DNA from: Halocafeteria seosinensis
Lineage: Eukaryota
DNA length: 20,178 nucleotides
Reading direction: 5' to 3'
Assembly: GCA_001687465.1 (NCBI GenBank)
Contig: LVLI01000359.1
Span: forward strand, 62,001 to 82,178
Part shown: positions 9,240-19,156 of the stretch, piece after piece
Layout of the letters: each line of letters starts with the position of its first letter
Numbering within the stretch: the stretch's first letter is position 1
Notes under the pieces: model-generated
What the model was told of the DNA's origin: nothing
What the model saw: only the letters and a program-made list of their open reading frames with translations
Database searches by the model: none
Made by a program: the position numbers and the translations under genes

Positions 9240-11237
9240 ATGGGCTCATCCAACAAACAGCTCTTTATTTTGTTCGAGGCGGCCTCCGGGTACGCCCTTT
9301 TCGAGATCGTGGAGTCCGAGCACGTTGCATTGCAGACCTCGGAGGTGCAGAGTGCCATGAGTGATCTCTCCAGGTTCTCAAAAATCGTGAAAATGAAGGC
9401 ATTCAATGTAGGTGTCAGAAGCCCTCTTCCGCCCGATCCAGGGCCGTAACATGAGTTTATGGCGCTCTCCAACGCTCCTTTCACTGAAATAACTTGTATT
9501 ATCCATGTATCATTGTATTCGCAGGCTTTCACATCAGCTGAAAATGCTCTTCAGAACGTGAACGACATCTCTGATGGTAAGTAATACCTTTTTTGTAGTT
9601 TTTTCCGGCCCCTTCGGAAGCTCCATCGGGATACTATACAATTGGTGAATGGACTTGCAATAATTGTTGACGTCAATTTGCAGGTATTGTATCGGAGGAT
9701 CTCAAAAACTTTCTGGAATTCAATCTTCCTAAAGTTAAGCCCGGCAAAACCCCAAAGTTCGAGCTCGGTGTGGTAAGTTATGATTCAGGTGAGGGAAATT
9801 CGTTGTTAGACGAACTTTATCTTGGCTTTGTTTGCTGAGCAGATTGATCACAAGATTGCTTTGGCTATTCAAGAAGCTGTTGGGGTTCCTTGCAAATGCA
9901 ACGATGCTGTAAGTGACCATTCCTGCTCTCAGTTTGCCCGGTCCATTTTGATCTAAAGGGTATCATTTTTCCGTGGAAAACAGGTCAATGAGTTGATACG
10001 TGGGATTCGACTACATTTCGATCGCCTCGTAAGAGGACTTGAAGGAGGTGCAATGGAAAAAGCTCAGCTTGGTTTGGCTCACAGTTACTCCCGTGCTCGA
10101 GTGAAATTTAATGTCAATAAATCCGACAATATGATAATCCAAGCAATTTGCTTACTGGATCAGCTTGATAAGGATGTGAACACTTTCGCTATGCGGGTCC
10201 GAGAGTGGTACAGTTGGCATTTTCCCGAATTAAGCAGAATCGTGAAGGACAACTACGTCTACGCTCGGGTCGCTCGAGAAATTGGAGATCGATCGACGTT
10301 AACAGAGGAGTCCCTGCCCAAGCTACAGGAGATAACTATGGACGAGAACCAAGCCAGAGAAATATTTGATGCTGCCAAGGCATCAATGGGCATGGATATG
10401 AGTGAAATTGACCTTATCAATGTGCAGAGATTTACGGAAAGACTAGTATCTCTCGCCGAATACCGACATCGATTACACGAATACTTAATTGAGAAAATGA
10501 GCAACGTGGCTCCTAACTTGGCTGCTTTGATTGGAGATGTTGTAGGCGCTCGCTTGATTTCCCATGCCGGAAGCTTAACGAACTTAGCCAAGTGCCCGGC
10601 TTCAACAGTGCAGATTCTGGGAGCTGAGAAGGCCCTGTTTCGTGCGTTAAAGACCCGTGGAAATACTCCGAAATACGGATTGATTTTCCATTCGACCTTT
10701 ATTGGTCGCGCTGGGGCTAAGAACAAGGGAAGGATAAGCCGTTATCTGGCCAACAAGTGCTCCATAGCGTCGAGAATCGATTCTTTTGCAGACTATACAA
10801 CCAAAACTTTTGGTGAACATTTGAAAGATCAAGTAGAGCAACGGTTAGCTTTCTACGAAAGCGGTGCCACACCGAAGAAGAACCTAGACGTAATGCACGA
10901 GTGTGTTGAGGAGGTGAAGCCACTTATGGAACAGTACCAGCAGAAGACGGCAGCCAATAAAGAAGAGAAAAGCTCAGAAGACAAACAGCAAAAGAAGAAG
11001 GCTAAGAAAGCCAAGAAGAATAAAACTGGCGAATCGCCAGAAGCCACAACGCCGGAAGCAACAACGGTTACTCTCGATACGGAGAAGTCCAAGAAAAAGA
11101 AGAAAGCGAAGAAGCGCTCTCGTGAAGAATCCGAACAAGAAGGTGCTACTGCTACCCCAGCCAAAGAAGTCGAGGCAACTCCCGATTCTTCAGGTAAGAA
11201 ATCCAAAAAGAAATCAAAGAAGAAGGCTTCAGCTTAA
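9240..11237 (+). CDS. NOP56: Nucleolar protein 56, box C/D snoRNP core protein, 542 aa, 5 exons (9240-9407, 9525-9576, 9684-9772, 9843-9908, 9984-11237)
   Basis: [35 protein letters not shown] (NOP56-type, whereas NOP58 has HSLSRYKLKF), [57 protein letters not shown] and a Lys-rich tail. Four GT-AG introns keep the frame. Confidence 0.96.
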
Positions 11238-11863
11238 GAGACCACCGACGCTATTCATGGCCCTCCAACAAAAGACTGGCTTCTGAACCACGTTATATGA
11301 CTAGCACTCAAGCTTTCCCCCTCTCTCTCTCTTTCGTCATAATGGGGCATGTTTAAAGACGTACAATACACTGCAAGCACGAAAACCACATTGGTATCAC
11401 CTGGGCCAGGTGACCTGCACTTCGGCAAATAGAGCGGAGCTTGCGGCCCTTCTCCGTGGATTCACTGCTCCACGTTGACTGCCTCTCAAACCACGTTGTC
11501 CACGCCATATAGTGCGGTTGTATATGCTCTTGCTATCCGCGTTTGCTCCAGATTGAATCTGTCCAGTGAAAGGAGTGAAAACTTGGAAAAACTTTTCTGA
11601 CCGTATCCCAAGCATATCCGGTTGAAGTTTACCCCGCAGGCACGCGAGCGACACTGACTCCGCTCAGTCTGTTGCAAGCCCTCCTTACATGTATACTTGT
11701 TGTCTCCAGTAGTTTTGACTCTTTGAGGTCATTTTCAGTTTGGATTTTTTGTGTGTTTATAGCTTTAGTGCCCTTTTGTGTGTGTCTGTGGTTTAATTTG
11801 ACGGTGTGGAATTCCAGCTGACGTGTCTGTTCTGTCTCACATTTCATTAATTCGGGAACGACC

Positions 11864-13655
11864 ATGGCGCATTTCGCAGCGTTTCGCACAGCTTCCATCA
11901 AGCTGAGGTCAGTCTTTAATTTGGCCCCTCAAAATGGCAACTCGACGCAACAGCAGGAGCATAACCGATTCACTGAAGGCGTTGAACGCTGGGCGCGTCC
12001 GAGCGCTGGAGGTCAGTTAACCTCTTCGGTCTCCAGTTCCAGCGGCTCCCCGGCCCAGGACACGCAAGAGCGCAAGGACGCTCTACAGGAAGAACACCAT
12101 GAGCTCCGATCCAAGTCTGTGGACGATCCCGCCACCGGGGCCCCGGTGTATGCGGATCCGGCCGCGTACACGGAAAGCGATGAACTCCCCACTCTGGCAA
12201 ATTCCACCATTGACCGTTGCAATAGGATCCTGCAGCAGAGTATGGACCGATGGGAAAGAGCAGCCGTTGTGCACTCTGGAAGTCCTATTGATGCCGGTGA
12301 TGAACTGTATGAGACCTCGCCAACCTACACTCGTCGGCAGATTGCTGTCCCCAAACGAAGCCCTATCCGACGCACCGCCAGTGTTTCATTGAGCAAAGTC
12401 AGTGAAAGCGAAGCTTCCACTGCTACAACAACACAGAGTAGAACCGTCACTGAGGACAGTCACTCTTCAAATCAGGTGGCAAGTTCTCCTCGTCGGGAGC
12501 TTTCGAGTTCGTTTCGGTCGGTGGCGCACTCAACTGGATACACTGCGAACAGCTTCTCGGCCTCAACGAATTTTGCCAAGACGATCGCCATCGATATCAC
12601 AAAAGTGTCTTCACCGACCACCAATGTCGCTTACGCAGCGGTAGCTGCCCCAGATGCTTCTGCCCCGGAAGCGTCCTTGGAAGCTGACTTACAGACCGAT
12701 GCAGAGGGGGAAGCGATTCCCCGAGAAGGTGAGACAGTATCCGCTACAGAGCAATATGAGAAAGTTGCTTCGAAAAAGAAAAAATCTTCGAAAGACAATA
12801 AACAGGTAAGAACAATTTGTCAGAAATTTCTGAGGTTGTGCATTGCAACGTGTAACTGGACTCTATGCGATTCACAGAAAGACATGAACGTAATCTCTGA
12901 CCGAGTCCGCCGTGAACTAATTGCTCCTCGAAAGCCCGTGACAGCAAAGATAGTCAAGTTTTCAAAGAATGGCTTTCCCGTCGTTCGTTTTACAGGGCAG
13001 TTTTCCTGGATAGGACTGGTACGTTTCTGCTCCCGTCGTGCATAGGCATCGGAGCTCTGACTGATGATCTCATTTCACCGTACAGAGGGCAAAGGTTATT
13101 GCTGATTCGGATTCAACGTTTGAGGACTACAAAGTGGGCCAAAACGTATACGTTCAAATCACAGATATATACCGAGAGAACGAATCCGATAGTGAGTCAT
13201 ACTGGCTCGTAGACTGCAAGTTACGAGAGGAAGAGGGGGTACCCGCGCCGGCGGGTAATATCAATAAACGTCAACAGCAGAATGTTGCCCAGGACAAAAA
13301 CCAAGCGGATGGTGGCCAAGAAGGGTCCAGTGCGACGAGGTTAAAATTTGGGCCAACAGAAAAGAAAGAAACCACACAAAAATCTTCGACTTCCCGCGCT
13401 GCTTTGAATCCTTCAGCGTCGTCATTTGTTCCCTCGGATGCCCCTACTGCTTCCCTTAACCCTTCAACGCCTGCAGCGCAGATGTCACAACAACAACAAC
13501 AGCAGCAGCAGGGCTTCTTCATAGGACAACCTTATTACATCACTCCCGTATATTATGTGCCTATGCCTCAACAACAGGTACCGTACCCCCCACCATACTC
13601 GCCCAGCCCCTATGGATACTTCACATCTGTGGCCGATCAATATGGACTCCGGTAA
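11864..13655 (+). CDS. Uncharacterised protein, 550 aa, 3 exons (11864-12805, 12878-13018, 13086-13655): Ser/Thr-rich disordered N-terminus, putative S1/OB-fold domain, PAM2 motif, polyQ, Pro/Tyr-rich tail
   Basis: Two ORFs join through GT-AG introns 12806-12877 and 13019-13085. The spliced segment PVTAKIVKFSKNGFPVVRFTGQFSWIGLRAKVIADSDSTFEDYKVGQNVYVQITDIY...WLVDCKL resembles an S1 barrel. ALNPSASSFVPS matches the PAM2 consensus. Confidence 0.8.
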
Positions 13656-13938
13656 GCAACGATAGCCAGATTGGTAGTATTGAGCCCGTATAGACGACCC
13701 GCATCGTCTCATTATTACTATCGTTTTATCTTAACTAAGGCCCAAATACACTCGTCCTACGAACACCGGAGGGTTTTGAATTACATAGTCCGGTGCAACT
13801 GTGCCCATACATCTTACGCGCTCGGACATAGTGTTCCTGCACAATATTGCTCGACGCAAACTCCAACTGCTACTGGTGCCCGATGTTTACATGTTGGTAG
13901 AGCTTTCTTCAGATGGCACTTCGAAGAGTGCCGCTTGT

Positions 13939-15638
13939 TCAAAAGTCAAGCCACTTGTCCATATAGATACATAATTCAGGTGAAATATCACCACCAGGAA
14001 CGCATTCATTAAAAACCTGCAGTCAGATGGATGACATGACTTCTATTCTGCTCTCTGACCATACACACCGGGTAATGCGACGTACCGGACAGACTCCACA
14101 CGGCATCTCCGTGACATATTCATGACTGGTAGGAGTTTGTGCTACCTTATATACCGCCTTGTCATCCGGCACTTCCCCAATTTCTTCCATAAACTCGATA
14201 TTTCCCGTAGCTCTCGGAGGCCTTTTCTTAATCATGCCGTCGTACCTGAGCGTATCTAGTATCTGTTGTACTTCTTGTTCGCCCAGTTTCACTTGCGACA
14301 CTTCTGCTCTGGATATGGCTTCGACAAGCTCACTCCTCGTGCTTGCACTCCTACGTAGAACCTTGTACACAAACTGCCGTATTCCCTCGATAAAGGCATG
14401 GTCCAGTTCTTGTTCGGTATACCAGGGACCCCCTGTGACTTCCTTACTAGGAACTATATCATACATCATATACATTTTCTTGTTTTTCTGGGCAACCGAC
14501 TTCACTGATTTAATCAATTGTCGACTTTCTAACCGTTTCAATACTTTGTTTAGCTGATGCTGCGAAGGGAGCTACAGCTCAATTACGAAAACTACCGTGG
14601 GCGCGATAAGTAGCGGGCTCTTTACCTGTTGAAGTTTTGTCGTAGTTTTCAGAGTTCGTGTCCATATACCCTTGTCCTGACTCCGTTCTATTTGCTGCAA
14701 TACCATCATTTCTTCCGCCCTGAAATTAAGATAGAGAAAGTTCTTACGGTACTCGCAATGTTGCAAACAAGAGACGAAGTACGAGCTTACGTTAAGCCAG
14801 AATACTTTTCCGCGTCCTCCTTTGGAACCAATTTATAAAGTAACGTGTCGTCTTGTCGGTAGAGTTGCAGACGGTGCTGCGGTGGTGCAAACGAAAACCA
14901 GACAGTGTAAAGGAACCCGGGACTGCCCAAGAGGAGAATGCTTACTTTCCCTAACAGGGAGTTGATAGCTTTTACCATATCATGCTTGGGGCCATCGAAA
15001 TGGCTCTCAAGATATTCTGTAGTTACTCCTTTCGAAGTATTCTGTAACAAATCTTCAATTTGGTTCTCACTATCCTCCAAGTTCATTTCCTCAACGGAGC
15101 TCCGGCGTTCGACTGAAGACTGACTCTCACTCTTCTGTCGTCTCGACTGCTCCATATCCGATACGGCAGCGGCTGCTGCTCTGTCCATAGCACTCTGTGT
15201 TTCTAGTTTGGACGAAGACTTCGCGTGGTTACTCCGTTTCGACGACGTCTGCTGTCTACCGCTAGCAGCTTTCGCTTTGGCCGCACTAGTGGATCCTATC
15301 GCTACTGATCCAGCGGTACTTTCACCTCCTGTATCGCGCGTAGCAGCCGCGGATTTATTCGCATTGCTATTGGCTCTCTTTTTCGTGCCACCACTGCCAC
15401 TTCCACCGCCATTTTGGGAGCTTGCTACTCGTCTTCGTTTGGCAGATGCTGGAGCACTAGGTACCTGGGAGCTTTCCTGGGACTCCTCGGCCTTGCGCTT
15501 GGCTGACAGAGACGCTGTATAGTCTTGTCCACGAGAGTCATTTGAACCCGGGTGTCCATTGCTGCCTCCAGTCAGACGCCTTAAGCGCGTCGACGATGCT
15601 GCCGATGCCGCGGAGGCTGACGCCCCACGTTTCGGCAT
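13939..15638 (-). CDS. POLR3F: RNA polymerase III subunit RPC34/RPC6 (POLR3F), 474 aa, 5 exons (15638-14946, 14876-14791, 14719-14626, 14559-14086, 14016-13939)
   Basis: KGIWTRTLK, LNKVLKRLESRQLIKSVKSV, KKMYMMYDIVPSKEVTGGPWY, ILDTLRYDG and C-terminal PCGVCPVFNECVPGGDISPELCIYMDKWLDF (four-Cys Fe-S motif). Four GT-AG introns. The start is the first in-frame ATG; a later ATG at 15086 is possible. Confidence 0.93.
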
Positions 15639-15869
15639 TGTTCTCCACCTCTGACCGTGTACGTGAAATTGCGGAAGCAATGACAATACGGCACTTTAGA
15701 GCTCGACCAATGAGACCTTTTTATCGTGGATCAATCGAGTCGACGTAAAGATTGTTGCAAGGCTGTATAGTCAAGGCATGGGCAAATGTATATGTGATGT
15801 GGTATGGTATGGTATGATTAGTTCAGTTTCTTTTGTTCTTGTTTGGATCTCTATATCATCATCATAGAA
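15639..15869. promoter_or_regulatory. Probable compact bidirectional promoter region between POLR3F and UBE2G2
   Basis: Only 231 bp separate the divergent start codons. Promoter function is inferred from position only. Confidence 0.5.
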
Positions 15870-16750
15870 ATGGCAGCCACGGGGCGCAGCATGGCGCTGA
15901 AGCGCCTTAATCATGAATTCGTCGGATTATGCTCCTCTTCCTTGGTAAGTCTCCTTTCCATAACATAAACAATTAGAACACGCGTTAACGTCCATACCTT
16001 GTTTGGTGGTAACGTACTGCAGGCGTTAGGCGCTGATGGTGCTCTGGAAAATAGTGACTGGAACGAAGGCATCGTCGCGGGACCAGTTTCGCCTGAGAAT
16101 TTCTTTGAATGGGAATGTTATATAATGGGGCCCATAGACAGTCCGTACGAATATGGGTGTTTTCAAGCAAAATTAACATTCCCAGTAGATTATCCCATGA
16201 GCCCCGTAAGTGTTACGTGATGAGACGGTGCACCTGCCTATCGTACGAGGGTCACGTATAGGGATGTTGCTTACAGCCGAAACTGCGCTTTACGCCCTCC
16301 ATATGGCACCCAAACATCTATAATGAAGGCGAAGTAAGCCGCACATGTAACGAGTTTGTGGTTACTATTCACTACGAGATGGTGCCTTCTACAGGAAACT
16401 GGAGAAGTTTGCATCAGTATCCTGCATGCGGGGGAAGACCAATTCGGCTACGAAAGAATGACGGAACGATGGAGCCCGGTACAAAGCGTCGAGAAAATTC
16501 TAATGTCAGTTGTTCTTATGCTTGCAGAACCTAACCCAGAGAGCCCCGCTAATGTTGAAGGTAAGTTTAGTCAGTCAGTTTGTCAATGTCATCTTGCTAT
16601 ATTGTCTTATGCCTGGGTCCCGCAGCGGCTAAGATGTTTCGTGAGAATAGATCAGAATTCAACAGGAGAGTCAAACGAGATGTAGAACGCTCACTGGGGC
16701 TATATTCTCCCACGAAGCGTAACAAAGCGGCATCGGAAGACACTACATGA
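15870..16750 (+). CDS. UBE2G2: Ubiquitin-conjugating enzyme E2 G2/Ubc7 family, 201 aa, 5 exons (15870-15944, 16023-16205, 16277-16333, 16395-16560, 16626-16750)
   Basis: [37 protein letters not shown], active-site VCISILH, acidic loop GEDQFGYE and [22 protein letters not shown]. Four GT-AG introns keep the frame. Confidence 0.93.
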
Positions 16751-17233
16751 TCGACGATTCCACTGGTCTTCGGCAGCGGGATCACACGTCAAACCAACCT
16801 ACGCAAAGAAAAGGACAACGTAATGGTTTTTGTACTTCTATGCTTTGGAAATGTCGAAGTAACAAGGAAGTGGTCTAGAGGAGCATCGTTAAAAACTATG
16901 CTGGTGCAAAACAAGCGAGTTCGAAACTTCCATGCGAGGTTTCGATCCCACCATTATGAATGAGTCGGACTACTACCAGGAGTGAAATTCAACATTATCG
17001 TAATATTGTGCGCTCCGGGAACGGCACTGACATATCTAACCTATCTACCAACCTAACAATTGAACGCGAGGTCATAGAAGTGTACCCGCATTGCCAATAG
17101 AATATTTATTCTACAGACTCGTACGTTTTTCTTTCATACACTACCCGGGTTTAGCATACTGCGCCACACGCTGCATCCCACATGAAGGTGTACAATCCTT
17201 CACATTCATCGTCCGTCCCTATCATAAGAGGAA

Positions 17234-19156
17234 TCAAGTAGCCAGAGCTCTGCTAATAGCTGCTACTCTAATGGACAAAAGCTTTTGAGCGAATTCAAAC
17301 AGAGAAAGATCCAGCATGTTGTAAGCTAACGTAGCCTCGTTGGCAGTGTCACTCAGTGGCCAGCGCTCGTTGTCTGAAGGATGTCGTTCCGTTACTTCTT
17401 TAACTGTTCTGTTTGCTACTCCCAGTAACCGACACCAGGGAAGGGAAGGATCGTATTTCCGAATAACTGCGCATTCTAGCGCAGTGTTGAAAACGCAACT
17501 TAGCTTCCTTGTCTTACAGTATTTGTCCGCAGTAAAAGTACCTAGCGGCTCACGAAGCACTTTATCATGACTAAGCTGTGTGGCGGGAAAATATCTTCCG
17601 TCCAGCGTCACTGAAGGCCTCCAGTCCACGGAATACAGGAAGACAGCGATAGATTCCTCTAGTCTCTCCGTCACAATAAACGCCGGATTCCGAAGTAGCT
17701 GGAACTTAGCCTCTCTAAGTGCCGTTTCAGCCCATTTCAGGTATTCTGACGAAAATATAGCTCCGGTGCCATTCTTGGCACACTCCTGACGGCGACTGCA
17801 CAGAAACTTCGGTAAGTCCCCAGATTTGATGGCCCTTTGGACCACATCGACAGGAACTAGCTGAGGTTCGACGACCAATCCACTAAGCATTTTCACCTGC
17901 CGGTTTCGCATTCCATAAGAATGACTCTCGTACTCTAAAAACTTCCTAAAGGCGTTCTCTCGCTCTTTCGGAACCATTAGCGATAACGAGTTGATGCTCT
18001 CGTGGAATGAACGGTGTACTATGTAGTCCCACGGTCTCCAGCCCATGTTGGCCACATATTTAAATTCACTAAATGTTCGAGGTGCTGGGTGCCTCACTAA
18101 AGACAGCAAGCGAACCTGGTCGGGTAGAACATGTTCCATTTCTGCGAGGATGCCATATACGTCGCGAATATGCATGTGACAACGTCTCCAATACTTGCAT
18201 TCCTCGCATTCTGCAACAGAAGCATACCCCGCTCCCACCATTCCTTCGCTTTCTGGAGAGTTGCGGTGGTAGTCGAAGTGCGGGTGAAGTGCGCCCTTGT
18301 ACCACGGTGCGACTGCGCTAGCATTGTATGAAGGGAAACTGTATCCGATCTTCGTTTCGGCATATCGCGATATTCTTCTTCTATCAAGGAATGACACGGG
18401 ATAGGCAAGATACCGAAATTCTCTGTTTGAGAGGAACCTTGAATGGCTCCAATTAGAGCTCGGCTTTTCATGCGGATCATTTGCAATGTCTCTTATATGG
18501 CTTTGTTGCGCTTTCGCAAGAACGCTGTGCAACTCTTTGGGCTGAGGTACGAAGGACGCAGCCAATGCGGTTTCTCTGCTGCAACTTTGGCGTCCCCGTG
18601 AGTTGAGTAGCTTAAGGAGCAGTTTGGTTACTGTCTTGCTGGCGGTTTTCTGTATCCTCACGAGTGCACACCACTCGTTTGGTTTCAGCATGGAGGGGAG
18701 AGGCAGTAAATACGTCCCCCCTAAATGTTCTTGCAAGTTGCAGGAGAAGACATTTGGACAATTAGCGAAGAAATTATCCATGAAAGTCGTAGTCTCGGCA
18801 GAAATCCCGAGTTCGCTCCTTGTGCGCTGGAGAGAAGCCTCACTTACAAATGATTCCCGAGAAATGTATCCCTTTGGAGTATCCCGATTCCCAGAAGGAA
18901 CGTAAGTTTGGACAGAAGTATTCTTGTTTTGGGTGTCACTCTCATCTATCAGTTCCGACTCGTAGGAGGATCGTGATCCAGGAACTTCTTTCGCTAAGTT
19001 GGACAGCACCTTTCCAGTGACTGTTTCATCTTCTCGGGCAGGCTTATTTCGTACTACACTTTCTAGATTGTGGTAACTCACAAGGTACACCATAACTGCT
19101 GTAGCCGCCGCAAAATAAAATGCCCGCGACAGGCATTGGTGCCGATGTCCGGTCAT
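17234..19156 (-). CDS. Type II membrane PAPS-dependent carbohydrate sulfotransferase, heparan-sulfate 6-O-sulfotransferase-like (Sulfotransfer_2 family), 640 aa, single exon
   Basis: The first ATG is at 19156 (the ORF-track start at 19234 is GTG). Signal anchor AFYFAAATAVMVYLVSY; 5'-PSB-like RIQKTASKT; 3'-PB-like LVRHPAPRTFSEFKY; NRQVKMLS; AKFQL...FIVTERLEES; YNMLDLSLFEFAQKL. Confidence 0.82.
   Translation of the reverse strand: MTGHRHQCLSRAFYFAAATAVMVYLVSYHNLESVVRNKPAREDETVTGKVLSNLAKEVPGSRSSYESELIDESDTQNKNTSVQTYVPSGNRDTPKGYISRESFVSEASLQRTRSELGISAETTTFMDNFFANCPNVFSCNLQEHLGGTYLLPLPSMLKPNEWCALVRIQKTASKTVTKLLLKLLNSRGRQSCSRETALAASFVPQPKELHSVLAKAQQSHIRDIANDPHEKPSSNWSHSRFLSNREFRYLAYPVSFLDRRRISRYAETKIGYSFPSYNASAVAPWYKGALHPHFDYHRNSPESEGMVGAGYASVAECEECKYWRRCHMHIRDVYGILAEMEHVLPDQVRLLSLVRHPAPRTFSEFKYVANMGWRPWDYIVHRSFHESINSLSLMVPKERENAFRKFLEYESHSYGMRNRQVKMLSGLVVEPQLVPVDVVQRAIKSGDLPKFLCSRRQECAKNGTGAIFSSEYLKWAETALREAKFQLLRNPAFIVTERLEESIAVFLYSVDWRPSVTLDGRYFPATQLSHDKVLREPLGTFTADKYCKTRKLSCVFNTALECAVIRKYDPSLPWCRLLGVANRTVKEVTERHPSDNERWPLSDTANEATLAYNMLDLSLFEFAQKLLSIRVAAISRALAT

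Noticed and set aside
11036..11065. [10 protein letters not shown] 15-bp duplication in the NOP56 tail
   Set aside because: Ordinary slippage in a low-complexity Lys/Glu-rich tail.
13057..13068. CTGA-C-TGATGA in intron 13019-13085 as a box C/D element
   Set aside because: The boxes are in D-then-C order with a 1-nt spacer, leaving no room for a guide or stem.
16217..16223. GTGATGA (perfect C box) in UBE2G2 intron 2
   Set aside because: No downstream CTGA D box within the 71-nt intron.
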